A stretch of DNA of 47,565 bases, counting the filler, from Catajapyx aquilonaris (Eukaryota), in NCBI GenBank assembly GCA_000934665.2. It is 2 parts of 2 records of this genome, joined end to end, with 100 filler letters (N's around TTAATTAATTAA, not from the genome) between each part and the next. Parts side by side here need not be neighbours in the genome. Positions count along the whole stretch, not along the records: positions 23,823 to 47,565 come from JYFJ02005634.1; 1 more part is not named here. The stretch is one strand, 5' to 3'. Under the pieces are notes generated by a model that made no database searches, had not been told where the DNA came from, and worked only from the letters and a program-made list of their open reading frames with translations. This document shows positions 23,942 to 35,114 of the stretch, piece by piece. A program made the position numbers and the translations under genes. How positions within the stretch are numbered: position 1 is the first letter of the stretch; every line of letters begins with the position of its first letter.

Positions 23942-24570
23942 ACACATGCGACCCTTCAGAATTGACTGCAATTTGTTATGACCTGTGTGCAGAAATATCA
24001 GCTGACCTCAAATCTAGGTCTATTAAAGGACGAGCCGTGACTCTCAAGATGAAGACGGACCAGTTTGAAGTTAAGACACGAATCAAAAATATGACTAGCC
24101 ACACTGATGACAAGGAAACCATATTTACTACTGCTAAAAAAATACTTGACATGGAAATAGAAGAGGCTGAGGCAAAACCATTGACTTTGAGGCTCATGGG
24201 AGTTCGAATGACATCCTTGATCAATTTGGATTCAGATGGAAGCAAGAAGCAGCGAACCATTGCTGATATGCTAGCAGGGAAGAGCAATGGCAATGCAAGC
24301 ATTCCATCATTTGATTGCCCCATTTGTGATGTAAGTGTGGAGGCTGCATCAGAGGTTGCAGCTGCCAGGCATGTTGAAGAATGTTTGAATAAAAGGGCTG
24401 CTCAGGAAATTGTTGAAAAGGAAAGGGATCAGATAACAGTGGGAAGTGTCAGTAGACAGACAGTAACTCATGTCAAACCTAAGGTTAATAAGAAAAGGAA
24501 AGCTGAGACTTTAGGCTGCAAAGCAAAGAAGGTGACCTGTAAGCCAATTGATGCTTACTTTAAAAAGTGA
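23942..24570 (+). CDS. POLK: DNA polymerase kappa (Y-family), terminal exon only
   Basis: ttttcag acceptor. Encodes a little-finger domain (KGRAVTLKMK..F..KTR; LRLMGVRM), a UBZ4 finger CPIC...HVEECL, an NLS-like KKRK and a C-terminal PIP-like IDAYF; stop TGA at 24568. Confidence 0.9.
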
Positions 24571-24707
24571 TTGTCATTCACACCCAGTTGATTCTAATGA
24601 GTCTTTATAGAGCATGCGAGAAGCTTTTTTATGACTAGGTGACAATGAGAATTATGGCAAGAAAGTCTATTCCATAGATAATTTTTTTAAATTGGGTTAT
24701 GGGAATA

Positions 24708-25025
24708 CAGTAGAACCCTGATTATCCGACTCCTCGGTTTATCCGACCGTCCCGCTCTGGCAATAAATCTGTTTTCTCATGGAATACTGTGAAGTGTTCT
24801 ACACATTTGTTTGTTTTGCCTTAGTTAAATGAAATACAGTACAGTAGAGTGTGGGTGTAAAAGAAAAATACGTCACTATTTCTTAGAAAACCATAACAGT
24901 ACATTATGTTCTTATGTTTTTTGTGGTTTTCGTAAAGTTTTTTACTCCTCGGATTATCCGACCTTTTTGGTTATCTGACAATGCCCCAGTCCCATGGGTG
25001 ACGGATAATTATCGGGGTTCTACTG
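24708..25025. mobile_element. pogo/Tigger-type MITE in the POLK 3' region
   Basis: TA TSD; TIR CAGTAGAACCC(T/C)GAT; internal GATTATCCGAC repeats. Confidence 0.85.
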
Positions 25026-25479
25026 TATCAAGTAAATAATTAAGTACAGTTACAGTCATAAGGAGATTGTTTGGTAAGGAGCTCCAATGAAACCCAGGGT
25101 AATCTGGCTATGTCTGTGCTCTCATGAAAATGTACCATAGGGGATGTCATTATCTTAGCATGTCCAGTACAGTACTTGATCATGCCATGTCTTATTTTCG
25201 TGTTGGGGCAGAGACATTGCCACTTGTACATTGGAGTTCCTTACTATGCCCATGCCCAGCTTTATGCTCCCAACTCTACATGAGAGCACAATTTTTACTT
25301 GATACGAACTGTACAGCTTTATCTCTATTGTATATTGATAATAAAACATTAATAAAATAATGATGGTTAAATAAATATGCATTAGAATCTGTAATACTTC
25401 AGAACAAAAAGTGCGAAGGTCTAGGTCCAGACTACCTGCCAAGACTGACATTGTGCAATTTGTGTGGAACAAGTGTGGA

Positions 25480-25620
25480 AGGGTGGAGAAGAACTTTGGA
25501 GTTCTCAAGTCATGGTTCTGCTGCCTTCTCTACCATCGCACTCTACAATGCTTGTTCAGTACTGTACAACTTGTGTATCGAGCATGAGCTTCCAGACCCA
25601 CAAGTCAATGGTGAAGAGCC
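25480..25620 (+). pseudogene. Harbinger (DDE_Tnp_4/HARBI1-like) transposase C-terminal remnant
   Basis: Frameshifted RVEKNFGVLKSWFCCL ... NACSVLYNLCI matches the VE..FG.LK.RF..L / AC.VLHN motif. Confidence 0.6.
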
Positions 25621-25675
25621 ACTGCCTCAGGAACATTCCACAATCATGTTTGACCGATTTGCACACTGGGGCCAG

Positions 25676-27302
25676 CATGGGCGCTTGAGAGAGATTCCTA
25701 CTAGTATGGCTGGTTCAGTAGCTGCTGAGCAGCTTTTCTGACGTCAGCTCAACCCTCTTTCTTCTCTTCTCAGAACTGTGACGTACCCACGGCCATTCCC
25801 TCCGGGCTCGTACTTTTTCTTATGAAAGAATGGAATTTTCAAACTTTAATTACAAATTCCTGGATGCGGTGAAAAATATGCAGATTTTTTTCCAGATTCA
25901 TCGACACACTGTCATTGACATGTATAATCCAATCCAACGACATGTACGAGGAAATATATATTTTACATGCGAGAAATGCGCCCAGATAACTCATCATTAG
26001 CATGTCGAGTCAAAGTGTAGCAGGCCCATGATGGCCTGAAATTTGATGAGTGGCCGGGTCACTATCTGCGTGCCAATTAAGAAGGTTCAAAAATTCGCAA
26101 ACGGCTCGGAAAAGGCAGGGTTGCCAATTTTATGCAAGATACATGAACAATAATTCCACGCAGGAGGTGGCACGTGCTGAGTGGCTTCCAATTGAAGGGT
26201 CAGTTTCACATTGCGACTTTTTCGCACTAAGTTGTTTATCGTGGAGAAGTTACTTTCGAACAGTTACTTTTAAAATATTACATGCTAATAGTACGAACGT
26301 GCACTGGTTTTTTGAGACCGCGAATTGCAATGACTCTCCATAGACATATTAACGGTAACATAAGGCATTATTGTTGTTGTTGTTGTTGTTAATGCCTCGG
26401 ACTACCATATGCAATACATTAGCCTATGTATTGCGTGAAACGTATATCTGCCATTAGCGTCACTGCAGGTGAATCAATTTCTCAGTGAATGAGAGTGTAT
26501 GGAAGAAGGTAAGAAATCTGTATATTTTCCTCGCATCCAAGCCCATATAAGTAGCATTTGAAATAAACTGAGGCATTAACAATAACAACAACAACAGCAA
26601 CAGCAACCATAATCCCTTATGTTACCGTTAATATGTCTGGAGATTCATTGCAATTCGCGGTCTCAAAAAACTAGTGCACGTTCGTACTATTAGCATGTAA
26701 TATTTTAAAGTAACTGTTCGAAAGTAACTTCTCCACGATAAACAACTTAGTGCAAAAAAGTCGCAATGTGAAACTGACCCTTCAATTGGAAGCCACTCAG
26801 CACGTACCTCCTCCTGCGTGGAATTATTGTTCATGTATCTTGCATGAAATTGGCAACCCTGCCTTTTCCGAGCCGTTTGCGAATTTTTGAACCTTCGTAA
26901 ATTGGCACGCAGATAGTGACCAGGCCACTCATCAAATTTCAGGCCATCATGGGCCTGCTATACTTTGACTCGACATGCTAATGATGAGTTATCTGGGCGC
27001 ATTTCTCGCATGTAAAATATATATTTCCTCGTACATGTCGTTGGATTGGATTATATATGTCAATGACAGTGTGTCGAGGAATCTGGAAAAAAATCTGCAT
27101 ATTTTTCACCGCATCCAGGAATTTGTAATTAAAGTTTGAAAATTCCACTCTTCCATAAGAAAAAGTACGAGCCCGGAGGGAATGGCCGTGGGTACGTCAC
27201 AGTTCTGAGAAGAGAAGAAAGTGGGTGGAGCTGACGTCAGAAAAGCCGCTCAGCGGCTACTGAACCAGCCATACTAGTAGGAATCTCTCTCAAGCGGCCG
27301 TG
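25676..27302. mobile_element. Foldback element (P-superfamily- or hAT-like) with ~725-bp inverted arms
   Basis: CA...TG termini; exact 8-bp TSD GGGGCCAG (25668-25675 / 27303-27310); highly similar arms; spacer of about 170 bp; no transposase ORF. Confidence 0.88.
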
Positions 27303-28285
27303 GGGGCCAGGAAGGGGAGTCTGCAGTTCATCACCCAGTACCAGTTCCAAAAGTGGCTTCCCATGGACCTTTTCCCAGCAACACATCACAACATTTCATT
27401 ACTGCCACAGCATTAATGTACCTTGGCAATGTGGGAATGTCCTTGCCATCAGTGCCACCAGCCTAACCACTGAGTGACCCTTCCTTGTTTAATCAGCTTA
27501 GGCTCTGTTGGAAAGGTGATACTCAATCCATTCCTGCTGTTTACGTTGAGTTGAAGTTTTGTCCTGGGCTGTCAGGGGGGCTAAGTGCTGGTGACGGTTT
27601 GGAATGAAAAATTACTTCATAGAATATTGCAGGCAAGCCTCTAAGTGACATAGATGGAGAGTTAGAGGGGTCAAAAGAGGGGGATGTTTTTGGTTTTTGA
27701 GAATCTTGGGCCATCAAGCCCTGTTGAATTCAGCTTTTGTTTCCAGATTTTTGTAAATTCGAGGTTTTGGCAAGAAAACCATCTGGGGGACATTTTAAAA
27801 TTGGTTGCAGAGATGCTTCAACCCACTCTAAATGAGTCACAGCCAACATTGCTTGATAGTAAAGGTTTGAGAGCCTATGAGTCTTGGGGATCTGATGCTA
27901 AATTTTGTTAATTTTTTTCTTGGGTAGAACGATTGATCGCTGTTGAACCATGTCATTGAGAAAGGTGGGTTGCAGTTCTTATAATTTCAGAAACGAATGT
28001 TATTTGGAGACGTGAATGCCAGATTGTCAGATTGATCAGTATTAGTGGTCCATATGGATGGTTTTCCGTGCTTAAATACCCATTGAACAGACGTAAAAGA
28101 TAGGTCAATAGATGCATCCGAGCAATGACTTTATGACCTCTTGAGTAACTTTCTTTTCATACTAAATGGGGCAACTATGTCAGACAGGGAAGGGCAGTTA
28201 ACTTTTGTTTCCAGTTGAGGCTGTAGATGTGTAGAACGATAATAATTGATTACTTTAGAACAAGTCAAGATCTCCTGCCATATTA

Positions 28286-28904
28286 CACTGTACTTCCGAT
28301 TATCCGGGCTAATGACTGCATGCCGGATAATATAGGAAAACACAGATAATCGGAAAATTCACAAATTGTTAATTTGGTACTGTATAGAGAGTAGGCCTGT
28401 GCTGCTTGGTTTAATCAAAATACTGTAATAAAGCTTACCATAGATTTTTACTTTGTCTTCTGGAAAAATTCTTATATAGGTAGTCTCCGGGTTTACGAAC
28501 GACCCGAGTTAACGGCGATCCTTACTTACGAACGGGCTCCCTAGGCTCCTATGAAAGAAAACTTATAATTATTCCGCCACTTTCAATCACTTCTTCATGT
28601 GTTGACTGACACCAAGTTCAACATAAATACTGAATAATTGAAAAGCAGTTGGGAAGTTACATTCTTTTCTCATGTAAGCAGACATATGTGACGTCAGCAG
28701 TTCGTTGGAGCAAACTCCCTGCACTGTATATACGCGCTGTTTCTAAGGGATCCGAGTTACGTACAAATTCTACTTACAGACATTTTCAGGAACGTAACCC
28801 CTTTTGTAGATCAGGGACTACCCGTATTTCATTGTTGGCGAGACATATATGGATAATAACCCGCAACACGGATAATCTGCACCTGGATAATTGGGAGTAC
28901 AGTG
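28286..28904. mobile_element. pogo-type MITE (CACTGTAC TIR) hosting another MITE
   Basis: TA TSD; TIR CACTGTACT(T/C)CC; related end at about 38210-38289. Confidence 0.75.
28477..28824. mobile_element. pogo/Tigger-type MITE (CAGGTAGTCCCCG family), uninterrupted copy
   Basis: TA flanks; colinear, in inverted orientation, with the two halves of 39494-42614. Confidence 0.8.
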
Positions 28905-31822
28905 TATGTCATAGATTTTGGAACTATTTGTCTGGGCTGTCTCATCATTTTCTGATATGGTGCAACTTTTGTGTGGGTAGCGGAAGTCTGATGGCAGTGA
29001 CTAGGATGTTTGTTCCTGAAGAAAGCCTTACATTTCTAGAGACTCCTGGCTTTTGTTAAGAAATTATATTCCACTCAGGGCCTTCTGCTAATGCAGCTGT
29101 GTATACTAATAGACTTGCAGAAATTTCTGCCAATGAGAAAGGGAATCTTGATTAAAACCTATAATCAACTTCACTGTGAAAGGTGCACAGTCAAACTCTC
29201 CAGAATATCATTCACATTTTAATTGGTCCTTAATTTGGAATTCCTAACCATACTAATCTTTAGTCCTTTCCTAGATGGCCTCCTGACAAATTGGCCCTAC
29301 TACACTATCAGAACTTTGTTTCTTTTTTTGAGAATGTATCTAAAAAGATGAGTTTATGCAAGTTACGTTTGTAACCTTATGTTTGCACCCCCCCCCCCCG
29401 CCCCCCCCATAAAAAGGGGCAAATTATGTACAACACCTTGCAATCCACAAATCTGCATATTTGACTTGGACAAAATCTTTCACAATTTTTAAAAATGACA
29501 ATGCTTTGTGGTACCAAATTGAAAATCTTAAAACCATGTAAAATAGCAGTTACGTTGTGCTTAAGTTCAGTTGCACTTCAATATTGTGATGTATTAACTG
29601 CAGCAACTTTCATGACAATTTTGATTCATGTTTCTCATAAAAGTGACCTACTGATCCCAGAATTTATCAGTGCAAAGCGCTCTCATGGTCTCATTGTCAC
29701 ATGAATGTATAGCTTACATGAATTTATTGTCACTGTGCTTTAACAATCCTGGTGTTAAATATTTATTTTAAGCATTATGTAATGGAATTATCTACTAGTA
29801 TTTTCTCAGGATATAGTCATTCTGTGGGCCACCTTCACACTGCTTCACATATGAAAAAAAAGAAGTATCCCAAAGAAATTTTACAGATATATGACCACAA
29901 AGCCCACAGCTGTCCACATTAGATCCAGATAAAATCTAAAAATCAGGTCTAATTACAATAGTGTAGGTTGGGTTAGGTTATTATAGCATAATTAGGCTAC
30001 ATTAACATAAATAAAATGAAGTTGGCATTCCAGGTTGGGAGGTCTTTTCTCAGGACTCAACTACACAGTTGTGGCAAGAGAGCCATACTACTCTGTACAA
30101 ATGCACCTTCTCCAACCACAGAATGGTACTGTCACAATGGCAACAATGAAGGTAACAATATATTAATGGCCTATGACATCAATAACATTCTCTATCTGAA
30201 TCAATAATGGTTACCTGGTTCATCAAGCATCATCCTTTCCTTCTTTGCCACAATCATCATTACGTGCATCAGCATTAATGTGATCAGGATTTACGCTACT
30301 TATTTGTTGCAGCGCTTCGATCTAAAACCTGAACACATCTATTAGGATAAAATATGTAATGAAAGACAGCATTGCATTGTTTCCCTGATCAATCGATTGC
30401 TAACCAAGTTGCAGGAGACATCTACATGCACTTTCAAGCTCATCAAATGACAAATACAGACAGGATTCTCAAAATTAAATAAGAATATAATGTAGGGGCG
30501 AGATTATGGACAATGTGATGGTAATGTCCAAGAAAATAATGTGAGGGGTATTATACAGTAAAACTTTAGAAGGATTCAATGTTTCACGCCTCACTGACTT
30601 TTATTCTCCGAAATTACAGGGTGGCCACAGTTATGGTACAGATATGATTGATGCAGATGTTTGCAACCGTTTTAAAACTGCGAATATATATATGCAAATC
30701 AAAAAGGTCACGATAATCATTGATTTTCTTTTTCGAACAAAACATCCACCTAGGTTCATAAATGATACAGCATAGTTAGATTTTTCCTGGTAGATTCTTT
30801 AATGGCAAATTGTCAACGAGAGCTATGTTTGTCTCAGTGAATGTGGTTGAATTAGCGCTGTAACAGGAAAATGAAATTACACAATAATCATTAGACACCT
30901 GGGATACGAAAAAGGCCTCTTCTACAATCTATTCATTGGTTGCTGAACCCCCCCCCCCCCATCCAGCTATGCCATTTTCTTGTAGGTGGACTTTATTTTA
31001 AAATAACTGATGTAACAAAAGTGTAGTGAAAAACACACAAAAAAAGAAAATAAAATTTTAACTGCCACCATAATTCATACCCTTGTTAACATTTCACAAA
31101 ATGGCCTCTGATGATAATTATGCTTTCATTGTCTTTACTTTAAATTCCTTCAGTTCCATCAGTCATATGTAATTCATATTGCTTGTAAAAAATAACCCTT
31201 ATTATGTGAGATGTGACAGCAACCCAACCCTTTCTCCCATCACCTCTGTCATCCTTGCAGTACAAAAAAACAAACACTAACCTTGAATTTTACTAGCCAA
31301 AAAGTCTCCCATTTTTGCCCAATTTCATTACTTAATGGCACAAAACTGTAATTATGATCAGACACTATTGAAATAAGAAAAAATAAACAAGGCTAACAGA
31401 CACAGTGGGTTCATGCTTAAAAGTTGTGGCATTTTTGTGTGATTAAAGTGCTTGGAAAAGTCACACTGGATCATAGTTTTGCTGGCAGGTAGTAAGGCAC
31501 TGCTGCACCCAGCCACTCTTTCACGGAACAAATGGTCTAAACAAGCCTCTTACAAAGCAAAATACATAAAAAAGTCACTATATGTATGCTCCTGACGTGA
31601 GGTACAGATGAGGGAAATAAAGGTGACAAGTGTAAATATAGGCAGTAAACTATAACACTTAAAGGCACCCTCCCTTGTTACCCCCCTTCCCCCTTCCCAC
31701 TCATTTTTTGTTATAAACTTCCGGCTCAAGAATTCCAATAACTACTGCACAAGTGCATAAAAATCAATGGCTGCCCGGGCAATCACAGCAACTTGCTGAT
31801 GATCACCTGCTGATTCGCGCCC

Positions 31823-32203
31823 CTATGGCTCTCTAGTCACTGGAACAAACACCCCTGTCTCTGGATCCAGTGTCATCTGGGTCCCATCATCATCCGCTGG
31901 CTCCTGGGTATGTTGGTCGGCGGGGTTGTTGGCAGGTTCCTCTGGTTCCTCTCCTTCTTCAGGCAGGTCCGGATTCAAGGTGAGTTCAGATTCGTCTTTA
32001 CTTGGCGAGATGCCTGCTTTCGAGACATTCCCAGTTGAGAGGACCACAGTCTGGTTAGTGGTGGTGACTATGGTGTTGTCTCCTGACGTCACAGTTTGGT
32101 GATGATGGTGAGCTGGGTTTCCTGAATCTAGCAGCATCGCAAGGGCAGCCACTGTTTCATTGTCAGAGGCATCAACAGTATACTGGACCTGCTGTACTGG
32201 CTC
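31823..32203 (-). CDS. ZNF839: ZNF839-like terminal coding exon
   Basis: Acceptor tttcacccacag, phase 0, matching the upstream donor. Acidic low-complexity composition like the large exon; ends in TAG. Total about 776 aa if there is no intermediate exon. Confidence 0.72.
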   Translation of the reverse strand, partial: EPVQQVQYTVDASDNETVAALAMLLDSGNPAHHHHQTVTSGDNTIVTTTNQTVVLSTGNVSKAGISPSKDESELTLNPDLPEEGEEPEEPANNPADQHTQEPADDDGTQMTLDPETGVFVPVTREP

Positions 32204-33342
32204 CTGTGGGTGAAATGGCAATTATTAACCTTTTAGTTCAGCTACAATATGAGGCACTGCAGACTGTCACCATCATATCTTCATCCACCCATCCACCCAC
32301 ACTGATCCAAACTATATGCAGGGTGACTTTCAACTCTGAATACATAGGTAATCGGATTGGATTGTTGGTTTTAGGTTGTGCCAACTAGCCAAGCAACTGA
32401 TGACAGAGAAAACTGATGGTGGTGTGCCACCCCCCAAATAGGCCATTGATGCCTGGCACCGGGTAAATTAAAATATATATATATATACACATTTAGAGAA
32501 TTTTATCCCATTGCATTGCCATAAAAAATGAAATGAAACTTCATGTATCTCAATGCTTTCTCTGCCCATTTCCAGAACCATACGTATGTAAATTAATGTA
32601 AATTTTAGCACTCTCTCCAGCACAAAATATTGATAAACTCAGTAATAATTGATGCCTGTGTGAATCATTCGCCCCCCCCCCCCACAATCTCCAAGAATAT
32701 CACATATAAACAGAAATTTCTTGCAAATGAACCATTTTCTGAGAATCTGCTAAATTTTCTCCTCCACTTTCTACAAATGGTGGATCACACGCAATATTTA
32801 GAGCTGCATGTTGTTGTTAACAAAAACTGACATCTAAAATGCAATGAACAATTCCATGCACCTGGTTTGCACACTCTCGGGCATTACTTTGTAACCTTGT
32901 GGCTGATTCTTCCCTTGTCACAACCACAAGCCAGGAATTCTTGTCCTGAGAGAAATTCCCAAAATACATTCCAACATGATGTGTACATCATGTTGGAATG
33001 TACGAGGTAATTTGGGAATTGCTCTCAGGAGATGCCATGCATTATCCCTCCTACTGTTCCATGCAGTTCCCATAAGCAAAAGGTTTTCCACCTAGGTATG
33101 AAGGACATGTGTTTTTACTTGTAGTTCACACACACAGGTGGAATGCACTTTGCTTGTGGCAACTGCATGGAACAGTAGGAGGGAGAATGCATGGCATCAC
33201 CTCTGAGATCTGTAATGTCACAGAGTGAGTATGAATGCAACTCCTCCCCCAATGCCATTTTGTTGCCAGCTGCTGCTTTCCCTATCAAACTCTGACATTT
33301 AGTAATGATATTTTCACATCCATAGTATTTTTAACCACTCAG

Positions 33343-34274
33343 CAGTGATGAGCACTAAATACTTGATGTAATTAAATGCTAAGTACTAAATACTGCATAA
33401 GAAGGTAATCAGATTTAAACCAGTACAGTATTTAAATAGAGGAGAACCAATGTAGTTGTATATGGGTGATTCTCCAAAAACTTACCATTTTCAAAGCAAG
33501 AATTAATGAATTTCAAAACTTGTTTTAAAAATCTGGAAAAATTCTCACTTACTCTATATGAGGTCACAAATCAGGGAAAAATATGGAGAACTAATTCTGA
33601 TATTCTAATGCCAGGAGAGTGAATATCTCCAGGAGTTCGGGAGCCAGAAGAATGACCTATGCATGCAATAGGATTAATATCACGGTCCAGAACAAACGTT
33701 GTCTATGGGAATTTCGGTGGGTTCAAGAAGACCCTTCATTCCATGGAATCACAGTTATTTCAAAACATTTAAGCTATTATGTGACATAGAAAAATGAGCC
33801 AGGAGTGTGAACTTTTAATTTCCGGGAAAACTCGGGACACACTTTGGAGTGATGCAGCAAGGTCATGTCAAATGAATAAATCGTTTTAAAAAGGTTGTTT
33901 TATACCTGCAACTATGTACAATTTAATTATAGTATTGAAACTTGTCTAATGTTTATAATAAAATTGTAAGAAAATATAGCATGCTTTAAAATGAGATCGG
34001 GACATGCCAAGAATAGTGATTTTAGGCCCTTTGACATTTTTTGCAGTAAAACTTAATTTAATATTTTTCTTTGTTTTCATGGGGATGGCTAGGTGTCAAC
34101 TGCTTCTCCAAATGTTTAAAAAATCAACTCTCTCAGTCAAGCCATTTTTGAGTTATTATGCTGGGACATGGTATTGGTAAGTTTTTGGAGAATCACCCAT
34201 ATACATTTCTAAATACCAAAAAGTATTTAAATACGTATTCAAATACATTTGTATTTTAATACTCCCCATCTCTG
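33343..34274. mobile_element. hAT-type MITE in the ZNF839-like intron
   Basis: TIR CAG(T/A)GATG; 8-bp TSD CCACTCAG / CTACTCAG; AAATAC subterminal repeats. Confidence 0.7.
33464..34198. mobile_element. Sola-like MITE nested in the hAT MITE
   Basis: Perfect 24-bp TIR GGGTGATTCTCCAAAAACTTACCA with ATAT flanks. The superfamily is inferred from the 4-bp AT TSD and GRG end. Confidence 0.65.
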
Positions 34275-35114
34275 CTACTCAGGAAACACTTTTCAAAAAA
34301 TCATCCCACACTGCTTGAATAGTATTCTGAACAGTTTAATAGTTCAGTTTTAAATTCATCATACAATTTAAATGGAACTTGCAAAAATTTGAGCTTGCCA
34401 ACATTATTGCAGTGAACCATGCGAGGTGACAGCTGCCATGTTAAGTTGTTACCACCCACGAAGCAACAAACACCAACCCATATAGTGTGACATCTCTTCA
34501 AAATGGTTATCAGCAGTTATTTGTATCAGTAAGGATGTGCATCCATCAGTTTCATTAAGATCAGTTTAGTGAACAACATGGAACTGTGAGGGTCAAGTGT
34601 ATGAATTCAAATTAAGGGGGTTAATAAGTTAAGGTCACTGTAAGTATTAAAATCAAAATAGCCATACAGTATATTAGACACAGAAGACGAGTGGGCCCTA
34701 GCTGTCCCATGCCACAAAATAAGTAGCATTCACCCTGCATTCACCGTCTAGTTTTTGAACTACAGATGCTGAAGCACAAATACTATTGAACTTATGAAGA
34801 AGCCTCACTGTCAGAGGTAAAATCAGATGAATAGCCAAGAATCCTCTCCTTTCCTGAATGTTTCTCTTTTGCAAGGTTCTACTCGTCATAATTATTAACA
34901 TTACCAGAGAGAAATATTTCCTATATTATCATTTCAGAGGTAACTGACAAAAGAAACTATTCGCACATATATCTGTCTCATGTCTCACAGTGTCTTTTTG
35001 TTAGTTTGGAGTGAAGTTATCACAGAAAGAGGGACAAACCAATGTGATACCCCTTGCACTCTGGAGTGAAATTATTTTGTTAGCTGAATATAACAAACTG
35101 AGCACCATATCTAC

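Noticed and set aside
22104..24570. MFSD8-POLK fusion gene
   Set aside because: The exon 7 donor is phase 0 and the POLK acceptor needs phase 1, and an artificial spacer lies between them.
26050..26834. Duplicated small ORFs MNNNSTQE... on opposite strands
   Set aside because: A by-product of the foldback arms; the frames differ by an indel and show no protein motif.
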